NCBI GenBank assembly: GCA_028823995.1
Contig: JAPPFD010000009.1
Location: forward strand, 20,361 to 84,360
DNA: 64,000 nucleotides
Source: a bacterium
GTDB taxonomy: Bacteria; Actinomycetota; Acidimicrobiia; Spongiisociales; ZC4RG35
Direction of reading: 5' to 3'
The notes under the pieces are model-generated. The model worked only from the letters and a program-made list of their open reading frames with translations, was not told the DNA's origin and searched no databases. This document shows, one piece after another, positions 1-8,512 of this stretch. Numbering within the stretch: position 1 is the first letter of the stretch; each line of letters begins with the position of its first letter. A program made the translations under genes and the position numbers.

Positions 1-350
1 ACCCGCATGGGGGTGGACAGCACCGCGTCGTAGGTGCGGTTGTAGTGAAGCTTGAAGAAGATCGGGAAGGTGGACTCGATGATGGCCCCGTTCATGGCGG
101 AGGCCGCCAGCAGCCCGGGCGCCACGAAGGCGGCGTAGGTGAGGGGGACCCCGCCCTGGGTGGTGACCTCCCCCACGAACTCGCCCAGGCCCACGCCAAC
201 TCCCAGGAGGTAGAAGACCGGTTCGCAGAATCCGGCGATGATCACCAGCCAGATGCGCTTGTAGACCAGCAGGTTCCGCTGGATGAGCCGGCCCGCTCCC
301 CGGGTGGGGCGGGACTGGGGCGGGATCCATCTGGTGAGGAGGAGACTCAC
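1..350 (-). CDS. ABC-2 type transporter permease (second permease, 5' part only; gene runs off window start)
   Basis: Minus-strand translation of 1-346 reads ...RLIQRNLLVYKRIWLVIIAGFCEPVFYLLGVGVGLGEF..., typical of ABC-2/NodJ-like permeases. An in-frame GTG at 348-350 overlaps the stop of the upstream permease (GTGA). It is not in the ORF track because it has no stop inside the window. Confidence 0.6.
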   Translation of the reverse strand, partial: MSLLLTRWIPPQSRPTRGAGRLIQRNLLVYKRIWLVIIAGFCEPVFYLLGVGVGLGEFVGEVTTQGGVPLTYAAFVAPGLLAASAMNGAIIESTFPIFFKLHYNRTYDAVLSTPMR

Positions 351-1123
351 AGGTTGAGCGTCTTTCTGAGCTGGCGGATGGCGGCCCACCAACCCACGAC
401 GGTGACCGCCAGGAGGTAGCCGACCTCCACCCAGAGCGACAGGGTGAGAGGCGTTCCCAGGGTGATCGACCGGCACAGGTCGACGCCGTGCCACACGGGG
501 CTCACCAGCGCCAGGGGCTCGAGGAAGTCGGGGAGGCGATCGATGGGGAAGAAGGCGCCCGAGAAGAGGAACAGCGGGATGAGGCTGAACCGGAACAGGG
601 CGATCATGGTGGAGTCCTCCTTGAACCAGGCGGCCAGGAAGGCCATGGGGGAGGCGAACGCCATCCCGCACAGCACCGCGGCGGGGACCGCGGTCAGGCC
701 CCTGCCCAGGGGGGCGGCGCCGAAGGCCCAGATCACCACTGCGAAGGCGGTCGAGACGAACACCAGCCTGATGAACACCCAGATCATCAGCCCGTTCAGG
801 ATGTCGTCGGGGGTGACGGGGGTGGATATTTGCGCCCAGAAGTGCTTGCGCCACTTGATGCCGGTCCGCACCGGCCAGGAGGAGTCGGTGATGGCGGTCT
901 GCATGGCGGAGGCGGCCATCAGGCCCGGAGCGAGGAAGGCCAGGTAGCCCGCGCCTCCCAGCGCCTGGTCGGCGGTCCGGTCGATCAGGGTGCCGAGCCC
1001 CACTCCCATGGCCAGGAGAAACAGGATGGGACGCAGCCACGTGGTTATGACGGTGCCCCGCCAGGTGCGTTTGTAGTAGCGCCACTCCGACTCGACGATC
1101 AAAAACGCCCGGGGAGTGGTCAT
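347..1123 (-). CDS. ABC-2 type transporter permease (likely start ATG 1121-1123; the ORF-track N-terminal extension is spurious)
   Basis: The MTTPRAFLIVESEWRYYKRTW... start gives a 259-aa multi-TM protein. Its ATG overlaps the stop of the ATPase gene (ATGA at 1120-1123). Before it, the ORF track shows a low-complexity Pro/Gly/Arg extension. Confidence 0.8.
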   Translation of the reverse strand: MTTPRAFLIVESEWRYYKRTWRGTVITTWLRPILFLLAMGVGLGTLIDRTADQALGGAGYLAFLAPGLMAASAMQTAITDSSWPVRTGIKWRKHFWAQISTPVTPDDILNGLMIWVFIRLVFVSTAFAVVIWAFGAAPLGRGLTAVPAAVLCGMAFASPMAFLAAWFKEDSTMIALFRFSLIPLFLFSGAFFPIDRLPDFLEPLALVSPVWHGVDLCRSITLGTPLTLSLWVEVGYLLAVTVVGWWAAIRQLRKTLNL

Positions 1124-2046
1124 TCGATGAGTTGGCGGCCGGTGAGCCGCAGGAATACGTCCTCGAGGGTGGAGCGGCGGATCAGGGTGGAGATGGGGTG
1201 GATGTCCCGGCGGGCCAGGTAGGCGGCGACCTCGTCGGCGTTGTGGGTGTAGATCATCACCCTGTCGGGGAGTTCCTCGGTGCGTTCGGCGACCTCCTCG
1301 ATGACGGGCATTGCCTGGAGGTGCTGGTCGGCGTCGAAGCGCATCTCCAGCACGTCCCGGGTGGAGTAGCGCTCGAGGAGTTCCCGGGGTGATCCCTCGG
1401 CGACTATCCGGCCCTTGTCCATCACCACCAGCCGGTCGCAGAGTTGTTCGGCCTCGTCCATGTAGTGGGTGGTGATGATCAGGGTCACCCCCTCCCGCTT
1501 GAGCTGGTAGAGACGATCCCACACCACGTGCCGAGCCTGGGGGTCAAGGCCGGTGGTGGGTTCGTCGAGGATCACCAAATCGGGCTCGTTTATCAGGCCG
1601 CGGGCGATGATCAGCCGCCGCTTCATGCCCCCCGACAGGAGATCCACCCGGTCGTCACGGCGCTCCGAAAGCTGCACGAATTCCAGCAATTCGTCGATCC
1701 GGAGGTCGATCTCGGCCTTTTTCATGTGGAAGTAGCGTCCGTGGGTGAGGAGGTTCTCGTACACCGAGAGTTCCCGGTCCAGGTTGTCCTCCTGGGGGAC
1801 GACGCCCAGCCGTCCCCGGATCTTGATCCCCTCGGTGCGGGGGTCCATCCCCAGCACCGACAGGCGCCCGGAGGTGGCGGGGGAGACGGCCCCGATCATC
1901 CGCATGGTGGAACTCTTGCCAGCCCCGTTGGGTCCGAGGAAGCCGAAGGCCTCGCCGGGATAGATGTCGAAGTCGATGTCGTCGACCGCGGTGAAGTCTC
2001 CGAACTTCTTGCTCAACCCCCGTCCGACCACCAGCGACTCGACCAT
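1120..2046 (-). CDS. ABC transporter ATP-binding protein (DrrA/NodI-like)
   Basis: Walker A GPNGAGKSST, signature LSGGMKRRL and Walker B LILDEPTTGLD are present. It is the first gene of a minus-strand ATPase-permease-permease operon. Confidence 0.9.
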   Translation of the reverse strand: MVESLVVGRGLSKKFGDFTAVDDIDFDIYPGEAFGFLGPNGAGKSSTMRMIGAVSPATSGRLSVLGMDPRTEGIKIRGRLGVVPQEDNLDRELSVYENLLTHGRYFHMKKAEIDLRIDELLEFVQLSERRDDRVDLLSGGMKRRLIIARGLINEPDLVILDEPTTGLDPQARHVVWDRLYQLKREGVTLIITTHYMDEAEQLCDRLVVMDKGRIVAEGSPRELLERYSTRDVLEMRFDADQHLQAMPVIEEVAERTEELPDRVMIYTHNADEVAAYLARRDIHPISTLIRRSTLEDVFLRLTGRQLIE

Positions 2047-2142
2047 TGGGAATAGGCTACCCGGCAGCCGGGCCGGACCTTGACCGCTGCCCTATTAAGC
2101 CGGGGGGATGTCACGGAAGGGAATCGGTAGGATGTTGCGACT

Positions 2143-2634
2143 ATGAGCAGACCGTTGACATGGGGAGGCATTGAACTTCCGATTCGGCCGGATACTGTCA
2201 TCCCCGTATCGGGTGGGCCCACGTACCCGCGTCCGCTTCGGGCCTGTGACCTGCCTGCCATCATGGGAGTGGAGGACTGGTTCGACGCCTATAGGTTTGC
2301 ACTGATCCAGTTCGTGGCCGACTGGAACCACTCCGATGACCCGGTTTCTATGGTCTCCGGCCCTCCGGTCTATCAGGGGACGGACTGGCGCCTCCTGCCC
2401 ACCGTGGCGTCTGTGGTTCATGCGCTGGTGGACAGAGATGGCCTGTCCGTACCTGACTGGGTGTGGGAACACCAGGCGCGCCAGGACTGGGTTGTGTTCT
2501 GTGATCCGCCTGGTTCCTCCTTTTGGAAGCGGGATCTGGAGCACGCCCCTGCTACTTGCGTTCACCATCGTGTGTACTTCCACTCGCGAATGCTGGACAA
2601 GGGCACTCTGGATTGGTGGCTCTCCTGGGACTAG
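2143..2634 (+). CDS. hypothetical protein
   Basis: 163-aa ORF with an ATG start, in a lower-GC stretch. I recognise no motifs. It overlaps the next ORF in another frame, so its boundaries or authenticity are uncertain. Confidence 0.3.
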   Translation: MSRPLTWGGIELPIRPDTVIPVSGGPTYPRPLRACDLPAIMGVEDWFDAYRFALIQFVADWNHSDDPVSMVSGPPVYQGTDWRLLPTVASVVHALVDRDGLSVPDWVWEHQARQDWVVFCDPPGSSFWKRDLEHAPATCVHHRVYFHSRMLDKGTLDWWLSWD

Positions 2635-3212
2635 ACCGCCGCGAGCTGATTCGCTTCATACGTGAGGTTGATGAGGAGCTGGCCACGATCACCTCCCGGC
2701 ACCATGACATGGTTATCGGCGGAGGCGCAGCAATCGCTTTGTTATGGAACGAGCGGCGACTCACCAACGACATAGACGTGGTGTCTGAGGGGATGACACC
2801 AGAGCTGCGGAAAGCGATCGGACGGGTGGCGGCAGCTAACTCCCAACAACTGAAGCCAGGCTGGTTCAACGACGCCGCCAAAGTGGCCGCGCCCCAAATG
2901 GGGATAGCGAATCCCATCCTGGTGTTCGACGGTTTGAGGCTTCACTTGTACGTGGCCCCGGCCAAATACCTTTTGCTAATGAAACTATTCGCGGCTCGGG
3001 CAGGCGATACCCAGGACATACTTACCCTGATCAGGGAAGAGGGCATCGAGTCCCCGGATGAACTTTACGACCTCGTAGCGGAGGGGTATGGGCGACAACT
3101 CCTCCGCCCCCAGATCGCATACCGCATCGAAGAAGTGTGGGACATGCACACCCGTAGCCAAGAGCGGGACGATCCGGAAGAACAGGGCACATCTGGTCGT
3201 TTGGACTCCTGA
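2523..3212 (+). CDS. nucleotidyltransferase-fold protein (Pol-beta superfamily, MNT/AbiEii-like); start uncertain (probably ~2620-2640)
   Basis: The motif ...ELIRFIREVDEELATITSRHHDMVIGGGAAIALLWNERRLTNDIDVVSEG matches the G[GS]-x9-13-DxD signature of minimal nucleotidyltransferases. The first ~35 aa of the listed ORF overlap the upstream ORF. Confidence 0.5.
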   Translation: MEAGSGARPCYLRSPSCVLPLANAGQGHSGLVALLGLDRRELIRFIREVDEELATITSRHHDMVIGGGAAIALLWNERRLTNDIDVVSEGMTPELRKAIGRVAAANSQQLKPGWFNDAAKVAAPQMGIANPILVFDGLRLHLYVAPAKYLLLMKLFAARAGDTQDILTLIREEGIESPDELYDLVAEGYGRQLLRPQIAYRIEEVWDMHTRSQERDDPEEQGTSGRLDS

Positions 3213-3338
3213 CGCGCCTGAACCAGTCTCGGACCTAGTTTCTTGCTATCTGTGGGAGGGGGCATTTTCTCTAACTTCACCCATCAGGGCTGTGATTGTC
3301 ATCCCTGGTGTCTGTCCGGCCCCTGTGGGAGTCGTTGC

Positions 3339-4259
3339 TTAGGCGCCCAGGGCCTCGATTCCATCCTCCGACGTGTCCACGAAGGAGACCGGAGCCGGTT
3401 CGGCTGTGAGGCGGCGGCGCATCACGGCGACCGCCTCGGGGTTGTTGTCCACCATGATGAAGCGGCGGCCGAGCTTCGAGGCGACCGCCCCGGTGGTGCC
3501 GCTTCCCGCGAAGAAGTCCAGCACCCAGTCGCCCTCCCGGCTCGAGGCCTGCACGATGCGCCGGAGCACTCCCTCCGGCTTCTGGGTGGGGTAGCCGGTC
3601 TTCTCGCCGCCGGTGGGCGACACGATGGTGTGCCACCACACGTCGGTGGGGAGTTTCCCCCGTTCGGCCTTCTCGGCGGTCACCAGCCCCGGCGCCATGT
3701 AGGGCTCCCGGTCGACGGCCTCATTGTCGAAGTGGTAGCGGCGGGGGTCCTTGACGTAGACCAGGATGTTGTCGTGCTTGGTGGGCCATCGGCGCCGGGC
3801 CCGGGCGCCGTAGTCATAGGCCCAGATGATCTCGTTCAGGAAGCAGTCGCGGCCGAACATCGAGTCCAGGAGCACCTTGGCGTAGTGGACCTCCCGGTAG
3901 TCGAGGTGCAAATAGAGGGTGCCGTGGGCGGCCAGGAGCCGCCGGGCCTCGGCCAGGCGAGGCTCGAGAAACGCCCAGTAGTCGTCGAAGGAGTCTTCGT
4001 ACGCGGAAGTGCGGCCCGCCACCGTCCGGTATGACGCTCCCTTGAAGCCTCGCCGGTCCCCGTCGGGGTCGGCGGTGGTGCGCAGCGTCCGCCGTGTCTG
4101 GCGCCGGCCGGTGTTGAACGGGGGGTCGATGTACACCAGGGCCATGGTCTCATCGGGCAGCGCTCGGAGCACCGGGAGGTTGTCACCCGACACCACCAGG
4201 TTCGGGCCGTGCAGACGGCCGTTGTGACATTCGAGCCCCCAGAGGCCCAGATCGGGCAT
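3339..4259 (-). CDS. site-specific DNA methyltransferase, N6-adenine or N4-cytosine, beta class (true start ATG 4257-4259)
   Basis: Motif IV LVYIDPPFNTG lies N-terminal to motif I VLDFFAGSGTTG (PF01555-like order). The Gly/Pro/Arg-rich 54-aa extension in the ORF track is spurious. The start overlaps the MOSC gene stop by 1 nt (TGATG). Confidence 0.8.
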   Translation of the reverse strand: MPDLGLWGLECHNGRLHGPNLVVSGDNLPVLRALPDETMALVYIDPPFNTGRRQTRRTLRTTADPDGDRRGFKGASYRTVAGRTSAYEDSFDDYWAFLEPRLAEARRLLAAHGTLYLHLDYREVHYAKVLLDSMFGRDCFLNEIIWAYDYGARARRRWPTKHDNILVYVKDPRRYHFDNEAVDREPYMAPGLVTAEKAERGKLPTDVWWHTIVSPTGGEKTGYPTQKPEGVLRRIVQASSREGDWVLDFFAGSGTTGAVASKLGRRFIMVDNNPEAVAVMRRRLTAEPAPVSFVDTSEDGIEALGA

Positions 4260-4705
4260 CACATGTCGCCCGGAGAGGGCTCGATCCGGACCGGGTCTCC
4301 CACCCGGATGAGGCCGCCCTTCACCACCTGGGCTGCGATGCCGGACCGGCCCTCGAGGGCTTCGCGCGCCCGGGGGCCGACGGTCTCGTTCATCCGCTCG
4401 CACGGCGGGCAGTCCCGCCACACCGACAGGACGGCCTCGCCGAGATGGATCAGGGTGCCGGTGGTGCGGGGGAGGCGATCAGCGTCCACGGTGATGTTGC
4501 GGCGGGTTGCGCCCGCCGGTATGGGGTATCCCAACCGGCCGGCGGCCTCGTCCAGCTCGCCCTCGGCGACCATCGTCACGTTGCGGATGGTGCCCAGGTA
4601 GCGGTCGCCTTCCAGGCCCGCTCCCTCCACCGCCAACACCTCGTTGACCTCGATCGGGTCGGCCTTGTGGAGCGGCGCCAGGTGGAGGTGGGTCACCGAG
4701 GCCAT
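4259..4705 (-). CDS. MOSC domain-containing protein (YiiM-like)
   Basis: GDRY...RRNITVD...CPPCERM...GGL..VGDPV pattern. It begins 4 nt after the nrdJ stop and overlaps the methyltransferase start. Confidence 0.75.
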   Translation of the reverse strand: MASVTHLHLAPLHKADPIEVNEVLAVEGAGLEGDRYLGTIRNVTMVAEGELDEAAGRLGYPIPAGATRRNITVDADRLPRTTGTLIHLGEAVLSVWRDCPPCERMNETVGPRAREALEGRSGIAAQVVKGGLIRVGDPVRIEPSPGDM

Positions 4706-4709
4706 CGGC

Positions 4710-7700
4710 CTAGCTGCAGCCGAGCGAGGCCCCGCAGTTGAGGCAGCGGTAGCAACTCCCGTTGCGGACCGTCATGTGCCCGCACTCGTCGCACATGGGA
4801 GCGTCTCCCATCATCTTGCTCAGGAGGATCTGCGTCGAGGAGGGCATCAAGGCGGTCCCGCCTGCCTCGGCCTGGGGAAAGAGTTGAGAGATCAGGTCGT
4901 CGGTCGCCGGCGAGTCGGCGAACTCGGCGGCTTCCTTCACCGCTTCCAGGTTGTCCTCCTCCTGGGCGGCGGCCAGTGCCAACTGCTGTCCCCGGTCCGA
5001 GACCGTGGGGTGAGGCTCCTCGGGGAGTTCGCTCTGCTCCGGCGTCCTGACCTGGCCCAGGTCTTCCCGTTCCAGGTACTCGATGGCCAGGGCCCGGAAG
5101 ATGTAGTCGACCATGGAAGAGGCCATCTTGATGTTGGGATGGTTCTGCACCAGCCCCCGGGGCTCGAAGGTCTGGTACATGAAGGTGTCCACGAACTCCT
5201 GGAGCGGCACCCCGTACTGGAGGCCCTTGGAGACCGCGATGGCGAAACAGGAGAGGATGCCCCGCAGGGTGGCTCCCTCCTTGGCCAGGTCGATGAACAA
5301 CTCTCCGAGCGTGCCGTCGTTGTACTCGCCGGTGCGGATATAGAGCTTGTGGCCGCCCACCCGGGCCTCCCGGGTCCAGCCTTTCCGGCGGGACGACAGG
5401 AGGAATCGGGGAGGCTTCATGCCCTGGGAGTAGGCCTGGGTGGGGGAGGTCCCCTCCGGGAGGGGCCCGTAGGCCAGGCGCTGTTCGATGCCGAGCGCCT
5501 CGTCGAGTTCCGGCTCGTCCTCACCGGAGGAGTCGTCGCCCGCCGAGGAGAGAGGCTGGGAGGCCTTGGAGCCGTCGCGGTAGAGGGCCATCGACTTGAG
5601 ACCCAGCTTCCAGGACAGGTCGTAGGCGTCCTTGATGTCGTCGGGGCTCACGTCGCTGGGCATGTTGATGGTCTTCGAGATGGCGCCGGAGATGAACGGC
5701 TGGGTGGCGGCCATCATCCGTATGTGCCCGTTGTGGTGGATGAACCGCCGTCCATGGCGACCGTTGCGGTTGGCGGTGTCGAACACCGGAAGGTGCTCTT
5801 CCTTCAGGTGGGGAGCGCCCTCGATCGCCTGGCGGCCGCAGATGTGGTCGCCTGCGGCGTCTATCTGGTCGGAGGTGAAGCCCAGGAATGAGAGGAGGTC
5901 GAAGTCGAGCCGCTGGGACTGGGAGGGTTCAACTCCCAGACGCCGCAGGGTCGGCTCGCCGACCGCCAACACGTTGAAGGCGTGCCGCAGTTCGAACATC
6001 CCCGGCAGGGACTCCTCGATCCGGTCGAGGTCCTCGTCGGTGAAGCCGTGCGCCCGGAGGCTCCTCCGGTTGATGTGGGGAGACCCCTCCAGGGAGGAGG
6101 TGCCCACCACGTAGTCGATGATCTCCCGCTTCTCCTCAGGCGTGTAGCCCAGGGTGTCGAGAGCCGGACCCACCGACTGGTTGACGATCTTGAAGTACCC
6201 GCCTCCCGCCAGTTTCTTGAACTTGACCAGGGCGAAGTCGGGCTCCACGCCGGTGGTGTCGCAATCCATTTGGAGGCCGATCGTTCCGGTCGGCGCAATA
6301 CAACTTATCTGTGCGTTTCGGAAGCCGTGGCGGGCTCCCAGTTCCAGGGCCTCGTCCCAGACCTCGCGGGCGGCCTGGGAAAGGTCCAAGGGGCAGAGCC
6401 GACTGCTGATGCCCATCACCGCCTGGGAGACGCCCTCGTACTCGGAGGCCGGTGCGTCGTAGGCGGCGCGCCGGTGGTTACGGATGACCCGCAGCATGGG
6501 CCGGCGGTTTTCCTCGAAGCGCCGGAAGGGACCGATGACCGAGGCCATCTCCGCGGAGGTGGTGTAGGCCTGGCCGCTGAGGATGGAGGTGAGCGCCCCG
6601 GCTATGGCGCGTCCCCGGCCGGAGTCGTAGGGGATGCCCATCCGCATCAGGAGCGACCCGAGGTTGGCGTACCCCAGCCCCAGGGTGCGATAGTCATAGG
6701 AGCCCTGGGCGATGGCTCTGGAGGGGAAGTGGGCCATGGCCACCGAGATCTCCAGGACCATGGTCCACAGACGGATGGCGTGCAGGTAGCTGTCGATGTC
6801 GAACACGCCTGTGCGGTCGTTGTAGAAGGCAACCAGGTTCACAGAGGCCAGGTTGCAGGCGGTGTTGTCCAGGAACATGTACTCCGAGCAGGGGTTGGAG
6901 CCGCGGATCCGGCCCCCGGCGGGGGAGGTGTGCCACTCGTTGATGGTGGTGTCGAACTGCACTCCCGGGTCGGCGCAGGCCCACGCCGCCTCGGCGATCT
7001 GGTCCCACAGGTGCTCAGCGGAGACGGTCTTCATCACCCGCCCGGTGGTCCGCTCGGTCAACTCCCAGTCGTCGCGGTTCTCCACCGCCCTGACGAAGTC
7101 GTCGGTGACCCGGACGGAGTTGTTGGAGTTCTGCCCGGAGATGGTGGCGTACGCCTCACCGTTGAAGTCGGCGGGGAAGCCTCCCTTCTCGATCAGGAGG
7201 CGGGCCTTGTCCTCCTCCACCTTCTTCCAGTTGATGAACTCCTCCACGTCGGGATGATCGATGTCGAGGATCACCATCTTGGCCGCCCGGCGGGTGGTCC
7301 CCCCCGACTTGATGGCGCCTGCCGCCCGGTCGCCGATCTTGAGGAAGGACATAACTCCGGACGAACTGCCGCCGCCCGAGAGCTTCTCGCCCTCGGCCCG
7401 GATTTCGGAGAAGTTGGAGCCGGCGCCCGAGCCGAACTTGAAGATACGCGCCTCGCGGAGCCACAGGTCCATGATCCCCCCCGGGTTGACCAGGTCGTCC
7501 TCGACCTTGAGAATGAAGCAGGCATGCGGTGCGGGGCGGGAGTAGGAATCGGGGGAGACGGCCAACTCCCCGGTGTCGGGGTCGACGTACCAGAAGCCCT
7601 GTGCGGGGCCGGTCAGCCCGTAGCCCCAGTTGAGGCCGGTGTTGAACCACTGCGGAGAGTTGGGCGAGCCCATCTGGTGACAGAGCATGTACTTCATCTC

Positions 7701-8105
7701 GTCCTCGAACGCCTGGGCGTCCTCGGGTGAGTCGAAGTAGCCATGCGTCTCGCCCCACCACCGCCAGGTGCCCGCCAGCCGGTCGAAGACCTGGCGGCCG
7801 GAGAGCTCCGTACCCAGCCGGGGTTGGCGGTTCTCGTCCAGGAGAGGCCCGTTCTCGTCGGAGAGCGGCACCCCGGCCTTGCGGAAGTACTTGGACACCA
7901 GGATGTCGGCGGCCACCTGCGACCAGTGGGCCGGCACTTCGGCGTCCCTCATCTCGAACACCACCGACCCGTCCGGGTTCATTATCCGAGAATCCCTCTT
8001 CTCCCAGGTCAGGGTCTCATATGGGTCCTCCCCCAGACGGGTGAATCGTCTGTCTACCTTGAGTCCCTTGGTCACTTGCCTGCCTCCTCTTGGTCCTTGG
8101 ATCAC
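4710..8105 (-). CDS. nrdJ: adenosylcobalamin-dependent ribonucleoside-diphosphate reductase (class II RNR)
   Basis: 1131 aa. The active-site region is GSNPCSEYMFLDNTACNLASVNL, and the sequence resembles actinobacterial NrdJ throughout. The C-terminus has a Cys4 zinc ribbon (CDECGH...CYRCLNCG). The start is GTG at 8103-8105, so the true start could be slightly internal. Confidence 0.9.
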   Translation of the reverse strand: MIQGPRGGRQVTKGLKVDRRFTRLGEDPYETLTWEKRDSRIMNPDGSVVFEMRDAEVPAHWSQVAADILVSKYFRKAGVPLSDENGPLLDENRQPRLGTELSGRQVFDRLAGTWRWWGETHGYFDSPEDAQAFEDEMKYMLCHQMGSPNSPQWFNTGLNWGYGLTGPAQGFWYVDPDTGELAVSPDSYSRPAPHACFILKVEDDLVNPGGIMDLWLREARIFKFGSGAGSNFSEIRAEGEKLSGGGSSSGVMSFLKIGDRAAGAIKSGGTTRRAAKMVILDIDHPDVEEFINWKKVEEDKARLLIEKGGFPADFNGEAYATISGQNSNNSVRVTDDFVRAVENRDDWELTERTTGRVMKTVSAEHLWDQIAEAAWACADPGVQFDTTINEWHTSPAGGRIRGSNPCSEYMFLDNTACNLASVNLVAFYNDRTGVFDIDSYLHAIRLWTMVLEISVAMAHFPSRAIAQGSYDYRTLGLGYANLGSLLMRMGIPYDSGRGRAIAGALTSILSGQAYTTSAEMASVIGPFRRFEENRRPMLRVIRNHRRAAYDAPASEYEGVSQAVMGISSRLCPLDLSQAAREVWDEALELGARHGFRNAQISCIAPTGTIGLQMDCDTTGVEPDFALVKFKKLAGGGYFKIVNQSVGPALDTLGYTPEEKREIIDYVVGTSSLEGSPHINRRSLRAHGFTDEDLDRIEESLPGMFELRHAFNVLAVGEPTLRRLGVEPSQSQRLDFDLLSFLGFTSDQIDAAGDHICGRQAIEGAPHLKEEHLPVFDTANRNGRHGRRFIHHNGHIRMMAATQPFISGAISKTINMPSDVSPDDIKDAYDLSWKLGLKSMALYRDGSKASQPLSSAGDDSSGEDEPELDEALGIEQRLAYGPLPEGTSPTQAYSQGMKPPRFLLSSRRKGWTREARVGGHKLYIRTGEYNDGTLGELFIDLAKEGATLRGILSCFAIAVSKGLQYGVPLQEFVDTFMYQTFEPRGLVQNHPNIKMASSMVDYIFRALAIEYLEREDLGQVRTPEQSELPEEPHPTVSDRGQQLALAAAQEEDNLEAVKEAAEFADSPATDDLISQLFPQAEAGGTALMPSSTQILLSKMMGDAPMCDECGHMTVRNGSCYRCLNCGASLGCS

Positions 8106-8119
8106 TCTTGCCTAGCCCG

Positions 8120-8134
8120 CCGGGGGATCCCCGG
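8120..8134. other. GC hairpin (CCGGGG-gat-CCCCGG) in the nrdJ 5' region
   Basis: 6-bp GC stem with a 3-nt loop, read directly from the sequence. Confidence 0.4.
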
Positions 8135-8153
8135 TTCGCCCTCCATCAGGGAA

Positions 8154-8170
8154 TTACAATAATGTAACAC
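8154..8170. promoter_or_regulatory. AT-rich imperfect palindrome TTACAATAATGTAACAC upstream of nrdJ (candidate operator, NrdR-box-like)
   Basis: Imperfect dyad TTACAAT/AATGTAA in the only AT-rich stretch of the nrdJ 5' intergenic region. It matches the published NrdR-box consensus only loosely. Confidence 0.25.
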
Positions 8171-8512
8171 TCCCACTGGTACCGGCCAAGCCTTTTCCCA
8201 TGGGATCTGGAGCCAAAAGAACGCCCAGGTCAGACGGAGTTCCGGTGGAAGCCAGCCATGTTCCGGCAACACTCGGCTTTCAAGCAGTGTCTCTGTCCTA
8301 TTCAATGTCCTAGCTGGTATTTGTGTCTAAAGGGTTGGTCAAAAGGCAGAGGAAACTTCTGGTGGAATAATTTTCCGAAAAATTTGAGCCAATTTTTTCC
8401 GCGACTTCTAGGCATTTTTGCCAATCTTCGTTTTGACCCTCGCCGAGCATCCGTGAGTCGCAATGACCTCCGGAGATTCGGGTTCCGGGCGGGGAGGTAA
8501 ACTAAAGACCTG

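Noticed and set aside
347-1522. Long N-terminal extensions on several ORF-track entries (347..1522, 3339..4421, 31946..33082, 32758..34194, 36853..37992, 37698..38789, 18845..20344)
   Set aside because: The extensions are Pro/Gly/Arg-rich and run into or across upstream genes. Internal ATG or GTG starts coincide exactly with upstream stop codons (ATGA/GTGA/TGATG coupling) and restore typical family N-termini.
3339-4259. Complete restriction-modification system
   Set aside because: Neither flank holds an endonuclease-like ORF. The upstream genes are MOSC and nrdJ. The downstream genes are a nucleotidyltransferase-fold protein and a small unassigned ORF. I treat the methyltransferase as an orphan.
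4710-8105. Intein or insertion in NrdJ suggested by its 1131-aa length
   Set aside because: The sequence is colinear with intein-free class II RNRs. The extra length is accounted for by the N-terminal extension and the C-terminal zinc ribbon. I saw no intein splice-junction or endonuclease motifs.
8106-8512. Cobalamin riboswitch upstream of nrdJ
   Set aside because: I saw no B12-box-like conserved core or extended structured leader. nrdJ itself uses B12 and is normally NrdR-regulated, so only a weak dyad is reported.
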